Part shown: positions 42,592 through 53,568 of the stretch, piece by piece | Position numbering within the stretch: position 1 is the first letter of the stretch | Layout: the number at the start of each line of letters is the position of its first letter | Origin: Nitrospirales bacterium | GTDB lineage: Bacteria > Nitrospirota > Nitrospiria > Nitrospirales > UBA8639 | DNA length: 64,000 bases | Reading direction: 5' to 3' | NCBI GenBank assembly: GCA_963555755.3 | Contig: OY820905.2 | Location: forward strand, 3,520,001-3,584,000 | Translations under genes and position numbers: made by a program | The notes under the pieces: generated by a model | Seen by the model: the letters and a program-made list of their open reading frames with translations, nothing else | Told to the model about the DNA's origin: nothing | Databases searched by the model: none

Positions 42592-43584
42592 TTATCCTTC
42601 CCCCACAATTTTCCACTCGACCTCAAGCATGGTCCCTGTCCGATGAAACACATCCTGCTGAATCTTTTTAATGAGCAGAATGGCATCCGTGGCTCGGGCA
42701 TTCCCGAGATTAATAATAAAATTTGCATGCTTGGACGAGATTTGCGCATCCCCAATCCGCAATCCCTTCAATCCCGCTTCTTCAATCAACTGGCCTGCCG
42801 AGGTCTTGGGAGGATTTTTAAACACCGACCCGGCATTTGGTTGTGACAAGGGTTGTGTATTTTTGCGGTATTGGAGATACGATTTCGTCGTCGATTCAAC
42901 CTTGGCTTTTGCTGAACGAGTGAGTTGCAACCACCCGCCCACCACAATTCCTTCCGGCACGTTGGCATGCCGATAGGAAAACGCTAACGTGGAGGCTGGA
43001 TACACCACCACACGACCTTCAGGACTCACGAGTTGAATCGCCTGCAGACAATCTTTCATTTCACCAAGATGCGTTCCGGCATTCATGACTACCGCCCCGC
43101 CAACCGTCCCTGGAATTCCAGCCGCCCATTCCAACCCGGTCAGGGATTGACTCCCGACATATCCAAGCAATGTCGGCATACGCACTCCCGCACCCGCGCG
43201 CACCACCGTGGTCTGATCTTCCTCGACTTCCATGGTCGCAAGCTTGGACAAACTCACCACGATCCCGCGAATCCCGCCATCTTGAATGAGCAGATTCGTT
43301 CCGCCTAACACAAACAACGGAACCTGAGCGATAGAGGCTTGCGCCACGAGTCGAGAGACATCCTCGATATCCTCGGGCACCACCAGCGCATCCGCCGGCC
43401 CACCAATCCGAAGAGTCGTCAGGTCACGGAGGGGAGCATCAAAGGTGACTGTCCCTCGAATTCCGTGCACTGCCACTATCAAGTCTTGATGTTTGGTCAT
43501 ACTCGGCTTCGCCTGCTGGTTGATCATATTCGGATTTGATGGGGATCCAGCATTCCTCAGTGGATAGGTCGCAAGAATGTTCAC
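42592..43584 (-). CDS. murB: UDP-N-acetylmuramate dehydrogenase (start may be further in)
   Basis: RIGGPAD, GIPGTVGGAVVMNAG, NAGSVFKNP, KHANFIIN. Confidence 0.95.
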   Translation of the reverse strand: MNILATYPLRNAGSPSNPNMINQQAKPSMTKHQDLIVAVHGIRGTVTFDAPLRDLTTLRIGGPADALVVPEDIEDVSRLVAQASIAQVPLFVLGGTNLLIQDGGIRGIVVSLSKLATMEVEEDQTTVVRAGAGVRMPTLLGYVGSQSLTGLEWAAGIPGTVGGAVVMNAGTHLGEMKDCLQAIQLVSPEGRVVVYPASTLAFSYRHANVPEGIVVGGWLQLTRSAKAKVESTTKSYLQYRKNTQPLSQPNAGSVFKNPPKTSAGQLIEEAGLKGLRIGDAQISSKHANFIINLGNARATDAILLIKKIQQDVFHRTGTMLEVEWKIVGEG

Positions 43585-44960
43585 AGGTACTCCAATATTT
43601 CACTGCCCACTTTCCAAATATCTCCAGCCCCCAGTGTCAACACCACATCTCCAGAACCAAGCGTGGGTGGCACCTGCTTCACTAACTCGCTTTTCTTCTC
43701 AATCCAGGTGACTGATGGATGCCCGGCTGCCTGAATTCGCTGCGCCAACCAATCTCCTGAGACACCAGGGATCGGGGTTTCACCGGCAGCGTAAATATCG
43801 GTGACATAGACGACATCGGCTTGTTCAAACGCCTCGGAAAATTCCTGAGCCAGGTCTTTGGTTCGAGAATACCGATGCGGTTGAAACAACACGATAAGGC
43901 GACCCGGCCACGCGGTTTTTGCCGCAGCAATGGTACAGCGAATTTCTGTGGGGTGATGCCCATAATCGTCGACCACCACAATGCCGTTTTTTTCTCCCCG
44001 AATATGAAACCGTCGCTCCACCCCGGAAAACGAAGCCAAGCCCTTGCGAATCAGATCGACCGGCACATCCAATTCCAACGCAACCGCCACAGCCGCTAGC
44101 GCATTCGAGACGTTGTGAAGGCCAGGAAGATTCAACCGAAACGGTCCCAATTTTTTCCCACGGAAATGCCCTCGGAAATTGCTCACTCGGCCAGTGATTG
44201 ACACTTCCGTGGCCATGACATCTGGGTGAACCCCATCGGCCAATTCATTCAGCCCATAGGTAAGATATCGCTTGACCATCTTGGGGACAAACGTGCGCAA
44301 GCATGGATCGTCGCTGCACAGAATGGCGACACCATAGAAAGGTACCTTATTGGCAAATTCCAAAAATGCTACCTCCAACTGTTCCATGGTGCCATAGTGA
44401 TCCAGATGCTCCCGATCAATATTGGTCACGACCGCAATGGACGGCGACAGCCGAAGAAAGGACCCATCGCTTTCGTCGGCTTCGGCGATCAACAAATCAC
44501 CTCGCCCCAATCGAGCATGCGTGCCCATGGCATTGACTTTCCCTCCCACCACAAACGTGGGATCAAGACCGGCGTACGCCAATATTGAAGCCACCATTGA
44601 GGTCGTCGTGGTTTTGCCATGAGCCCCGGCGATGGCCACCCCAAATTTCAATCGCATGAGCTCGGCCAACATTTCTGCCCGAGGGATGACCGTGATGACG
44701 CGGGCCCGAGCTGCCAGGACTTCAGGATTCGTGGATTGGACTGCGGAGGAGATGACCACCACTTGTGCCCCCTCGATATGAGACGCGTCATGGCCAATAA
44801 AGATTCGACCACCTAAGGTCTCCAAGCGACGTGTGGTGTCCGAATGAGCAAGGTCCGATCCGGTCACTTTATAGCCCAGCGTCAACAAGACTTCGGCAAT
44901 CCCGCTCATGCCACTGCCTCCAATGCCGACCAGATGAATATGTTGAATTTTTCTAAACAT
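43581..44960 (-). CDS. murC: UDP-N-acetylmuramate--L-alanine ligase
   Basis: GIGGSGMSG, GAHGKTTTT, EADESDG, DDYGHHPTE. Confidence 0.97.
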   Translation of the reverse strand: MFRKIQHIHLVGIGGSGMSGIAEVLLTLGYKVTGSDLAHSDTTRRLETLGGRIFIGHDASHIEGAQVVVISSAVQSTNPEVLAARARVITVIPRAEMLAELMRLKFGVAIAGAHGKTTTTSMVASILAYAGLDPTFVVGGKVNAMGTHARLGRGDLLIAEADESDGSFLRLSPSIAVVTNIDREHLDHYGTMEQLEVAFLEFANKVPFYGVAILCSDDPCLRTFVPKMVKRYLTYGLNELADGVHPDVMATEVSITGRVSNFRGHFRGKKLGPFRLNLPGLHNVSNALAAVAVALELDVPVDLIRKGLASFSGVERRFHIRGEKNGIVVVDDYGHHPTEIRCTIAAAKTAWPGRLIVLFQPHRYSRTKDLAQEFSEAFEQADVVYVTDIYAAGETPIPGVSGDWLAQRIQAAGHPSVTWIEKKSELVKQVPPTLGSGDVVLTLGAGDIWKVGSEILEYL

Positions 44961-45008
44961 AACTCTTCCGTTGCTCGTCTCGTCAGAATCCTTACATCCT
45001 CTTTTTTT

Positions 45009-46088
45009 CTAGCGACTCGCGATCAATTCCTCACATTCCAGAACCATGACCTCTGCTGCATCGGTCTTGCGTAGCCCCAAACTTCTCTCGGCCATGGACC
45101 GAACTTGCTGTTGATTGTTGGCTAAGGATTCAATAACCTGCGCTAATCGCGAGCCGGTTAAATCCGATTGCATCAACACCACACCAGCTCCGGCTTGTTC
45201 GATGACCCGTGCGTTGTGTTCTTGGTGTTGATGCGTTGCTGATGGCAGTGGGATCAACACAGTCGGTTTCCCACAAGCCGCGATTTCGGCCAAGGTCAAG
45301 GCTCCGCATCGAGAAATCACGAGGTCGGCCGCACGCAACACGTTGGCCATATCCTTCACAAATGGAACGACTTCAACCCGAACATCCATCTCGGCATAGG
45401 CTTGCTGAACTCGCTCAAGATCAGCCGTGCCGGTTTGGTGAATCAGTTTTAATTCCCTGCGAATACGATCGGATTCCTTCACCGCTTCAATCATGGCCGT
45501 ATTAATGGCCTTGGCGCCTTGACTTCCACCACACACCAAAAGCGTCTTCACTTCACCCGAATGAACGACTTGCGGTGGATCGACAAACGCCTTTCGAATC
45601 GGAGCACCCACGACTGTGACTTTTGCCGGATTAAAATAGGACGTGGCCTGTTCAAATGAGACAAACACTCGATGCGCCAAAGGACCCAATACACGATTCG
45701 CCAGACCGGGTATCGCATTGGGCTCCAAGAGCACGCGCTTGATACCCAACCACCACGCGGCAATAACCACAGGTGGGCTGGTATAGCCGCCAGTGCCAAT
45801 CACCAGATCTGCCCGAGTCGAGCGCAAGAGTTGTATGGCTTTCCACATGGCCCCCGGAACCAGCAACAGCGCTCCTAACGACGCCAATAGCCCTCGCCCA
45901 ACCACGCCACGAACTTGAAGCGGCTCAATCTTGATGTCTGTTTCGGCAACCATCATGTGCTCCAAGGCTCGCCCCGTTCCGATCACTGTCACCGACGTGT
46001 GGGCATCTCGTCGGCGAAATTCTTCCGCCAACGCCATCGCCGGATAAAAATGTCCACCCGTCCCACCTGCTGCAATGACCACGTTCAT
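45009..46088 (-). CDS. murG: Undecaprenyl-PP-MurNAc-pentapeptide GlcNAc transferase
   Basis: GGTGGH, GTGGY, GGSQGA, HQEHNA. Confidence 0.96.
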   Translation of the reverse strand: MNVVIAAGGTGGHFYPAMALAEEFRRRDAHTSVTVIGTGRALEHMMVAETDIKIEPLQVRGVVGRGLLASLGALLLVPGAMWKAIQLLRSTRADLVIGTGGYTSPPVVIAAWWLGIKRVLLEPNAIPGLANRVLGPLAHRVFVSFEQATSYFNPAKVTVVGAPIRKAFVDPPQVVHSGEVKTLLVCGGSQGAKAINTAMIEAVKESDRIRRELKLIHQTGTADLERVQQAYAEMDVRVEVVPFVKDMANVLRAADLVISRCGALTLAEIAACGKPTVLIPLPSATHQHQEHNARVIEQAGAGVVLMQSDLTGSRLAQVIESLANNQQQVRSMAERSLGLRKTDAAEVMVLECEELIASR

Positions 46089-46233
46089 TCCACCCGTGTC
46101 ACTAGGTCACTTCCCTTTTGCCCCATGGCGGCGTTGCTCGAATCCTCACGTATGTCCACATACGCTCCGGTTCTGCGCTCCTCGCGCCTTGCCCTGGGTC
46201 AAAATTGAAGCAACCTGAGTAGTGACCCATCGA

Positions 46234-47412
46234 TTATCGCGAGACAACCCGACTAACTGGGTCCTCGCGTGAAATACTCAGCAACATCCCAATGGCAATA
46301 AGGCTCACGATCAACGAGGAGCCTCCGTAACTGACCAATGGCAAGGTCAGGCCTTTCGTCGGCAGCAAACCCGAGACCACCCCAGCATTAATGAGCACCT
46401 GAATCCCGAGCAGGAGCGTCACCCCACTCGCTAAATGTCGGCCAAACGCATCAGGCGCTCGTCCCGCAATCTGAAATCCTTTGACGAGCAGAATCGCAAA
46501 CAAGACCATCAGCAATCCCGTTCCGAGAAATCCGAGTTCTTCTCCCACCAACGCCAACACAAAATCCGCATGGGCTTCCGGCAGGAAAAAAAGTTTCTGC
46601 CGGCCTTCGCCTAGGCCCACCCCCGCAAAACCGCCATTGCCCAATGCCACGAAAGATTGCGTGAGCTGAAATCCTGCATCATGGGGGTCTTGCCAGGGAT
46701 CCAGAAAACTCATGAGCCGCCGCCGCCGGTAATCCGATTCCATGACCAGAAGGTACCCCAAAGGCAACACACTCAACACGAGACCAGCCAAATGCGTGAG
46801 GCGAGCTCCGCCAAGAAAGAGAAGACCCAACAACACTGAAAACAAGACCACGGCGGTTCCCATATCGGGTTCGAGGAGTGCAAGTCCTGCCAGTGCCCCG
46901 ACCACAATCACTGGGGCCAACACGCCTTTCTTAAAACTCGTAATATCCTCTTCTCTTCGCACAAGAAACGAGGCGAGGTACAAGACCGTAGTCAACTTGG
47001 CCAACTCACCAGGCTGAAAGGACAACCCCGCGATTCGAAACCACCGCCGAGCTCCATTCACCTGGGAACCCACCATGGGGAAAAGCACCAACACGAGACA
47101 CCCAATGGTCAGACACAACACAATTGGCATCATCGATTTCCAAAGATCGTAGTCTTGTCGTGACACCCAATGCAGTGCCAAGAGGCCAATGACAATCCAC
47201 ACAGCCTGACGCTTCAAAAAAAACATAGAATCGCCATACCGCGTCTCCGCCATCACCCCACTCGCGCTAAATACCATTATGAGTCCGATCAGCAGCAACA
47301 GATACGTGGTCATCAATACCGTGCGATCGACAGGAGCCAACGACTCTCTTCCAGCCGAACTCGACTTCCACCCCAACGACAATTGCAATGCATTTTTCCG
47401 ACCACGTCTCAT
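46234..47412 (-). CDS. ftsW: SEDS protein FtsW
   Basis: NGARRW, QPGELAK, EPDMG, LPEAHADF, SYGGSS. Confidence 0.95.
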   Translation of the reverse strand: MRRGRKNALQLSLGWKSSSAGRESLAPVDRTVLMTTYLLLLIGLIMVFSASGVMAETRYGDSMFFLKRQAVWIVIGLLALHWVSRQDYDLWKSMMPIVLCLTIGCLVLVLFPMVGSQVNGARRWFRIAGLSFQPGELAKLTTVLYLASFLVRREEDITSFKKGVLAPVIVVGALAGLALLEPDMGTAVVLFSVLLGLLFLGGARLTHLAGLVLSVLPLGYLLVMESDYRRRRLMSFLDPWQDPHDAGFQLTQSFVALGNGGFAGVGLGEGRQKLFFLPEAHADFVLALVGEELGFLGTGLLMVLFAILLVKGFQIAGRAPDAFGRHLASGVTLLLGIQVLINAGVVSGLLPTKGLTLPLVSYGGSSLIVSLIAIGMLLSISREDPVSRVVSR

Positions 47413-47555
47413 GAGTTAATCGTTCCTTCATGGGGATATTCAAAAAGGTGCGCTCAGCAAGGCCGCAGGCCCTTTGACGCGCGGAGCGTACTCATAGTAC
47501 GTGAGCACGACAAAGGGCCGAGAACGCCGCTGACGCCCTTTTTCAACATCCCCAT

Positions 47556-49028
47556 TCATTCAGGCAAAGCATTCACAAGATCTCGAAATTGTTGCCCACG
47601 GTCGAGGTAATCCAGAAACATGTCGAAGCTCGCACAAGCTGGCGAAAGCAGCACGACATCACCGGAAACCGCCAGGCGCTCAGCCAATTCAACGGCTTGC
47701 GCCAGCGACCTGGCTTGATGAATATCTCCAAATCCAGCAATGGCGTTTGCAATAGATTTCGTGGCTTCCCCAATGAGGACGATAGATTTGGCGTGTTGTT
47801 TCAATGCTTCACCAAGCCGAGAGAAGTCACCGCCCTTATCTTTTCCACCAAGAATGATCACCACTGGCTGGGAAAAACTTTCTAGAGCCTTGATCGTGGC
47901 GTCGACATTGGTTCCTTTGGAATCATTCACGAACACCACGTCCCGCCGATGTCGCACGACTTCCAGCGCATGCTCCCGCCCTCGATACGACCCGACCGCC
48001 TGACGAATGTCTGCAATCGGGCACTCACACAACACACCCACGGCGACGGCTGCCAACACATTGGCCACATTGTGTGCCCCAAGCAATTGGATTTCCTCGA
48101 TGGGCATGACCTCATACGTTTGCCCGCCAATCGAAGCCATGATCATCGGACCGTCAAGAAAGACTCCGTTATGCAACCGTTCTTTCATACTGAATCCAAC
48201 GAGGAGACCACGGAGCGAGTCGTGCCACGGAATGAGCTGCCTATCATCCACATTCAAAACCGCAAAATCATCAGCGATTTGATTCTCAAAGATGCGACCT
48301 TTGGCCGCGACATAGTCGGCAAATGTCGCATGTCGATCCAAATGATCCGCCGTAATGTTGAGGATCACGGCGATAAACGGATGAAAGCGATCAATCGTTT
48401 CTAATTGAAAGCTTGACACTTCGACCACGGCGATATCATAAGGAGGATTTCCCTCGGGATCGTGCTGAGCACTGTTATACACGGCTAAGGCCGCCTCGCT
48501 CAGCGGTGTGCCCAAGTTTCCTCCGACAAACACGGAGCGGCTACTCTGCTCAAAGATTCGCCCCATAAGCGAGACGGCCGTACTTTTCCCATTTGTTCCG
48601 GTGACAGCTACAAGAGGCATCGGCAAAAACCACGATGCCAACTCCACTTCACCGATTACCGGCACGCCTTTTTTCCTGACTTCGTCGATCGCGTCGAGGG
48701 AAGGAGGAACGCCGGGACTGAGAACCACGAGCTCCGATCTGCTGACGCCTTCTGCAAAACGGTCTCCTCCAAACATCTCCACATCGGCGTGGTGAAAATG
48801 GTCTGAAAGGTTCGCAAGTTCCGATTCGGGCTTCTGATCCACTAACCGCAGGCGTGCGCCAACCGCTTCAAGGAGCTGTGCCGCGGCTAGACCACTCTTG
48901 CCAAGGCCAACGACTGCGACCACTTTCCCGCGGAGGCCGTCAATCAATGTGTGATGGCGATCAGGCTCTGCGACCATCGCGAAAGAGTCCTCCTGAGTTG
49001 GGTCGAACCGAATCGATGACAATGGCAT
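47556..49028 (-). CDS. murD: UDP-MurNAc-L-Ala--D-Glu ligase
   Basis: TGTNGKST, EVSSFQL, NDSKGTN, LSPACASFD. Confidence 0.96.
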   Translation of the reverse strand: MPLSSIRFDPTQEDSFAMVAEPDRHHTLIDGLRGKVVAVVGLGKSGLAAAQLLEAVGARLRLVDQKPESELANLSDHFHHADVEMFGGDRFAEGVSRSELVVLSPGVPPSLDAIDEVRKKGVPVIGEVELASWFLPMPLVAVTGTNGKSTAVSLMGRIFEQSSRSVFVGGNLGTPLSEAALAVYNSAQHDPEGNPPYDIAVVEVSSFQLETIDRFHPFIAVILNITADHLDRHATFADYVAAKGRIFENQIADDFAVLNVDDRQLIPWHDSLRGLLVGFSMKERLHNGVFLDGPMIMASIGGQTYEVMPIEEIQLLGAHNVANVLAAVAVGVLCECPIADIRQAVGSYRGREHALEVVRHRRDVVFVNDSKGTNVDATIKALESFSQPVVIILGGKDKGGDFSRLGEALKQHAKSIVLIGEATKSIANAIAGFGDIHQARSLAQAVELAERLAVSGDVVLLSPACASFDMFLDYLDRGQQFRDLVNALPE

Positions 49029-49032
49029 ACAA

Positions 49033-50109
49033 TTAACGAAGCTTTAAGGTGCTGAGACTCAACAGGGTCAAGATAATTGCGACAATCCATAGACGCACCA
49101 CGATCTTTGGCTCCTCCCAACCCTTCATTTCAAAGTGATGGTGCAAGGGAGCCATGAGAAAAATCCGCTTCCCCCGTGACTTAAACGATGCGACTTGAAA
49201 AATAACGGACACCGCTTCCATGACGAACACGCCGCCAACAAGAATTAACAGGAGCTCATGCTTGCTCACGACAGCCACCGTGCCCAACGCCGCTCCCAAC
49301 GGCAACGATCCGACATCCCCCATAAAAACTGACGCCGGGTAGGTATTGAACCAGAGAAACCCCAAACTGGAGCCAAAGATCGCTGCCATAAGAACAGACA
49401 ATTCCCCAGCCCCTTCGATGTAGGGTATGAGAAGATACTCGGAGACCACTCGATTACCCGCGGCATACGCGACGACCAAATACGCAACCGATGCCACAAT
49501 CACCGGGCCCACTGCTAGCCCATCCAGCCCATCCGTTAAATTCACGGCATTCGAACATCCAACGATGACCAAAATGGCAAACGGAATATACAGCAGGCCT
49601 AAATCCGGCGTAAACGATTTGAAAAAGGGCACGCTTAGTTCCGTGGAATACCCAGGGGAGGAATAAAAGAACAGTCCAATCCCCAGTGCCACGCCAACTT
49701 GCGCAAGAAGTTTTTGCCAGGCCCTCAGGCCCATGGATCGGCCCCGTAGAATCTTAATGTAATCATCCACGAAACCCACCAAACCAAATCCCACAATGGA
49801 GAGCATCACGAGCCAGACGTACAAATTTGTCACATCCGCCCACAATAACGTTGAGAGGAGCACCGCGAAAATAATGAGCACGCCTCCCATCGTGGGCGTA
49901 CCGGTTTTGATCAGATGACTACTCGGCCCTTCTTCCCGGATTTCCTGCCCCAATCCTAGCTCTTTCAGTTTTCGGATCATGAGTGGCGCCAACACAAATG
50001 CGATAATGAACGCCGTCACCGCCGCATAAATAATGCGAAAGCTGAGGTAGCGAAAGACATTAAAAATTGCGAACTCAGTGTGAAGCGGATATAGCCAAAG
50101 ATAGAGCAT
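49033..50109 (-). CDS. mraY: Phospho-MurNAc-pentapeptide transferase
   Basis: GTPTMGG, NLTDGLDGL, FMGDVGS, APLHHHFE. Confidence 0.97.
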   Translation of the reverse strand: MLYLWLYPLHTEFAIFNVFRYLSFRIIYAAVTAFIIAFVLAPLMIRKLKELGLGQEIREEGPSSHLIKTGTPTMGGVLIIFAVLLSTLLWADVTNLYVWLVMLSIVGFGLVGFVDDYIKILRGRSMGLRAWQKLLAQVGVALGIGLFFYSSPGYSTELSVPFFKSFTPDLGLLYIPFAILVIVGCSNAVNLTDGLDGLAVGPVIVASVAYLVVAYAAGNRVVSEYLLIPYIEGAGELSVLMAAIFGSSLGFLWFNTYPASVFMGDVGSLPLGAALGTVAVVSKHELLLILVGGVFVMEAVSVIFQVASFKSRGKRIFLMAPLHHHFEMKGWEEPKIVVRLWIVAIILTLLSLSTLKLR

Positions 50110-50388
50110 GTGTGTTAACGGGACTGTTGAAAAAAGCCATCAGCTGCGTTCTCATTGCTCGAAGGGCTCAACGTACGCAGCGTACGCCTCGCCCTCCTCA
50201 CTGCTTGCGGCCTTGCTGGACGGCATTTTTGAACAGTCCCTGTTCCTTTTTCCATTGTAGGTGACGGATCAAGACCAATTGTCAATCGGGGTTTTTTCAA
50301 TTATTCAACAGGCCCTTAATAGTGTTTTCATAATTAAATATGTGCTGATCGATTTTCAACAATATGAATCGATTCCTCGTGATGCCTT

Positions 50389-51834
50389 TCACTCAGAGTT
50401 TAGCCGGTTATTCTTTTTCATGGAAAACCCATCGAGGACGGTTTCCAGCTGCATACTTCTGGAGGCTTTCAGCAAGACCACATCGCCTGGTTTGGCAACA
50501 CCCTGCAAGAAACCCGTTGCCTCTTTTGGCGTGGCTGCTTGAAAAATAGATGAGGCAACCATGCCCCGATTCTTGGCACCCCAGGCGATTTCTTTTCCAA
50601 GATTTCCACAGACAATCAGGGACGAAACCGCATGGTCGGCAATATAGGCTCCCACATCCCGATGCATCGCCCGCGTGTTCTTTCCTAGCTCTAACATGTC
50701 ACCAACCACGGCTATGGTCTGCTTGCCTTGCCCCAACTCTTTGAGCATGGTGACCGCCGCTTTCATGGAAGCAGGATTGGCGTTGTAGCAATCTTCAAGG
50801 ATCGTCAGGCCTTCAATCGATTTGATTTGAGAACGCATCGCGACCGGACGAAACTTCGCCAGGCCTATGGTAATTTTCTGCATCGACATCCCAAACACCT
50901 GCCCAACGGCCACTGCTGCCAGCGCATTGGCCACATTGTGATGACCATGCACATTCAGGGCTACACGATACGACTGTTTCCGGCCACGAAGATGAAGATG
51001 AAAAACTGTACGCGCGCCTTGACGTTGTCTGTCACTGGCTCGAACATGACATCGCACGTTCACCCCAAACGACATTTCCCGACAGCGGGTCTGGCGTTTC
51101 AAAAATCCATAAAAGTGGTCATCGGCATTTAAGACAACCGTGCCTTCGCTGGGCAGACAGGCGAGCAGTTCGGTCTTGGCTCGCGCCGAGCCTTCCAGGC
51201 TCCCAAAGAACTCCAGGTGATCGGGGCCGATGTTGGTGATCACGCCAAGTGTGGGCTTAGCAATCTCGCACAGCCTCGTCGTTTGGCCTTCCGCATCCAC
51301 TCCCATTTCCACAACCGCTACTTGATGACGTTTCGTCAAACGAAGGAGTGTATGGGGGACTCCCAATCGATTATTGAAATTTCCTTCGGTCTTCAACACC
51401 ACCCACCGTTCTCGAAGAGTACTGGCGACCATTTCTTTCGTCGTGGTTTTCCCATTACTGCCGGTGATGGCCACGACGGGGATTTGAAATCGTTGCCTAT
51501 GGAATGCCGCAATGTCTTGATAGGCCCGAGTGGTATCGTCCACGCCAATAATAAATGGACCGGCTCCTGATCGAGGTTGTGGCATTTTTTTTATAGCCGA
51601 CAGCGCCTTCTGACTCATGGATTCCGCAACCACCACGCCGTGTACTCCCAAGCCCAACACATCCTTAACAAATTGATGACCATCGAAGGTTTCACCCTGT
51701 AACGCGATGAACAGATCGCCCTCACGTGCCATCCGGGAATCCGTACAGATTCGGCGCACTCGAGTTCGTAACGATCCGATTAACAACTCTCCCCCCGTGG
51801 CCACGATAATTTCTTCTCCGGAAAAAGAAGCCAC
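50389..51834 (-). CDS. murF: UDP-MurNAc-tripeptide--D-Ala-D-Ala ligase
   Basis: TGSNGKTTTKE, DCYNANP, GDMLELG, LKASR. Confidence 0.96.
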   Translation of the reverse strand: MASFSGEEIIVATGGELLIGSLRTRVRRICTDSRMAREGDLFIALQGETFDGHQFVKDVLGLGVHGVVVAESMSQKALSAIKKMPQPRSGAGPFIIGVDDTTRAYQDIAAFHRQRFQIPVVAITGSNGKTTTKEMVASTLRERWVVLKTEGNFNNRLGVPHTLLRLTKRHQVAVVEMGVDAEGQTTRLCEIAKPTLGVITNIGPDHLEFFGSLEGSARAKTELLACLPSEGTVVLNADDHFYGFLKRQTRCREMSFGVNVRCHVRASDRQRQGARTVFHLHLRGRKQSYRVALNVHGHHNVANALAAVAVGQVFGMSMQKITIGLAKFRPVAMRSQIKSIEGLTILEDCYNANPASMKAAVTMLKELGQGKQTIAVVGDMLELGKNTRAMHRDVGAYIADHAVSSLIVCGNLGKEIAWGAKNRGMVASSIFQAATPKEATGFLQGVAKPGDVVLLKASRSMQLETVLDGFSMKKNNRLNSE

Positions 51835-52050
51835 GACTATTCGGCTGGCCTCTCTCCGGCCTTAGGGGCTGTTGAAAAAGGCCGCCAGCAGCGTTCTCGG
51901 CCCGTTGTCGTGCTCACGTACTTCATGTACGCTCCGTGCGCCAACGGGCCTGCGGCCTTGCTGGACGGACCTTTTTGAACAGCCCCTTTCGCTCTTGAAT
52001 AGTCCATGGAATGAGTCAGATGGTTGTAGCCCTTGGAAATTTAGAATTAT

Positions 52051-53568
52051 TCAACAGTCTCTCAATCGAACGACTAATGCGTCTCGGGCCACCTCACGAT
52101 CATCAAAGTGAAGTCGCTCGGTCCCAATGATTTGATAGTCCTCATGTCCCTTGCCAGCGATGAGGACCATGTCCTGCGAATCTGCCTCTTGAATCGCCGC
52201 ATAAATAGCCTCTCGCCGATCAGGAATCAGCCGGTATGATGTTCGCTCCGACTCCGAAAGGGCCAAAATGCCCTGTTCAATGTCATGTATGATGGCCGAC
52301 GAATCTTCGGTTCGCGGATTGTCGGACGTCACAAAAACGAGGTCACTGTTTTGTACAGCGACTTGTCCCATCTTTGGACGCTTGCCTCGATCACGATCCC
52401 CGCCACAGCCAAACACGGTGATGATCCGTCCTTTCTTGAGTATATGCGCGGCTGCCAATAAGCGGGCCAAGGCATCCTCGGTGTGGGCATAGTCCACGAC
52501 CACGGCAAAGTCTTGTCCTTCGTGTATGAGTTCAAATCGACCAGGCACAGCCCGAAAGGCACTGATGCCTCGTTGAATAATTTCCGGGGACAGCCCGCAC
52601 TCCACGCCAATACCCATTGCCGCTAATAGATTGGACACATTATGCTCACCAACCAATGGACTGTTGATGGTCATCGGCCCGATTGGTGTCACCGCGGTAA
52701 AAGTTGTCCCATCGATTGATAAGGATAGGTCTGTCGCACAAAGATCGGCTGGGCCACGGGTCGAATAGCTCCACGCCGGAACCGCACATTGCTGGAGGAT
52801 CCGCTTGCCCCACTCATCATCGATATTCACGATTGCCCGCTTCGGGGATGTTTTGCTTTTCGGTGCCACGTATTCCCGAAAGAGCCGCAATTTCGCCTGG
52901 AAGTAATCATCCATGTCCTGGTGGAAATCTAAATGGTCCTGCGTCAAATTGGTAAAGACCACGATGTCGAACTCGCACCCTGCGACACGGTCCAGTGCCA
53001 ACGCATGTGAGGACACTTCGAGAATAGCGGAATCTGCTTCGGCGTTGACCATCTTGTGCAAGAACGTTTGCAGGGCCACGGAATCCGGGGTGGTATGGCT
53101 AGCGGCAAAGTGTTCGGATCCGACGAAATAGCCAATGGTGCCCAGCAGCCCGACCTTTCGACCCGACACTTCCAGAACCCCTTTGGCAAGGTGGGTGACC
53201 GTGGTTTTCCCATTCGTCCCAGTGACGCCAATCATGGTTAAGGAACGGGACGGCTCTTTCCAAAAATGCGAGGCGACCTGCCCCAATGCCGTTCGCGTAT
53301 TTTTGACCTCGACAAGGGCCGGTGCTGACTGTGTAAAAGGAGGAAGCGATGTTCGTCGAAACGGCGCCTCGACCAAAATACCAGCCGCTCCCTGCTCGCA
53401 GGCTTGGCCTATGAAATCATGGCCATCAACCTGGGCTCCTTTGACCGCAACGAAAAATGTTCCGGATGTCACTTGACGGGAATCATCCGTAATATCACCC
53501 ACCTCTACATTCAGATCGCCCGTTTGGTTGACAACGTCGAGTGCCATAATCAACTCAGCGATAGTCAT
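52051..53568 (-). CDS. murE: UDP-MurNAc-dipeptide--meso-DAP ligase
   Basis: TGTNGKTT, VDYAHT, TSDNPR (DAP specificity), AGKGHE. Confidence 0.97.
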   Translation of the reverse strand: MTIAELIMALDVVNQTGDLNVEVGDITDDSRQVTSGTFFVAVKGAQVDGHDFIGQACEQGAAGILVEAPFRRTSLPPFTQSAPALVEVKNTRTALGQVASHFWKEPSRSLTMIGVTGTNGKTTVTHLAKGVLEVSGRKVGLLGTIGYFVGSEHFAASHTTPDSVALQTFLHKMVNAEADSAILEVSSHALALDRVAGCEFDIVVFTNLTQDHLDFHQDMDDYFQAKLRLFREYVAPKSKTSPKRAIVNIDDEWGKRILQQCAVPAWSYSTRGPADLCATDLSLSIDGTTFTAVTPIGPMTINSPLVGEHNVSNLLAAMGIGVECGLSPEIIQRGISAFRAVPGRFELIHEGQDFAVVVDYAHTEDALARLLAAAHILKKGRIITVFGCGGDRDRGKRPKMGQVAVQNSDLVFVTSDNPRTEDSSAIIHDIEQGILALSESERTSYRLIPDRREAIYAAIQEADSQDMVLIAGKGHEDYQIIGTERLHFDDREVARDALVVRLRDC

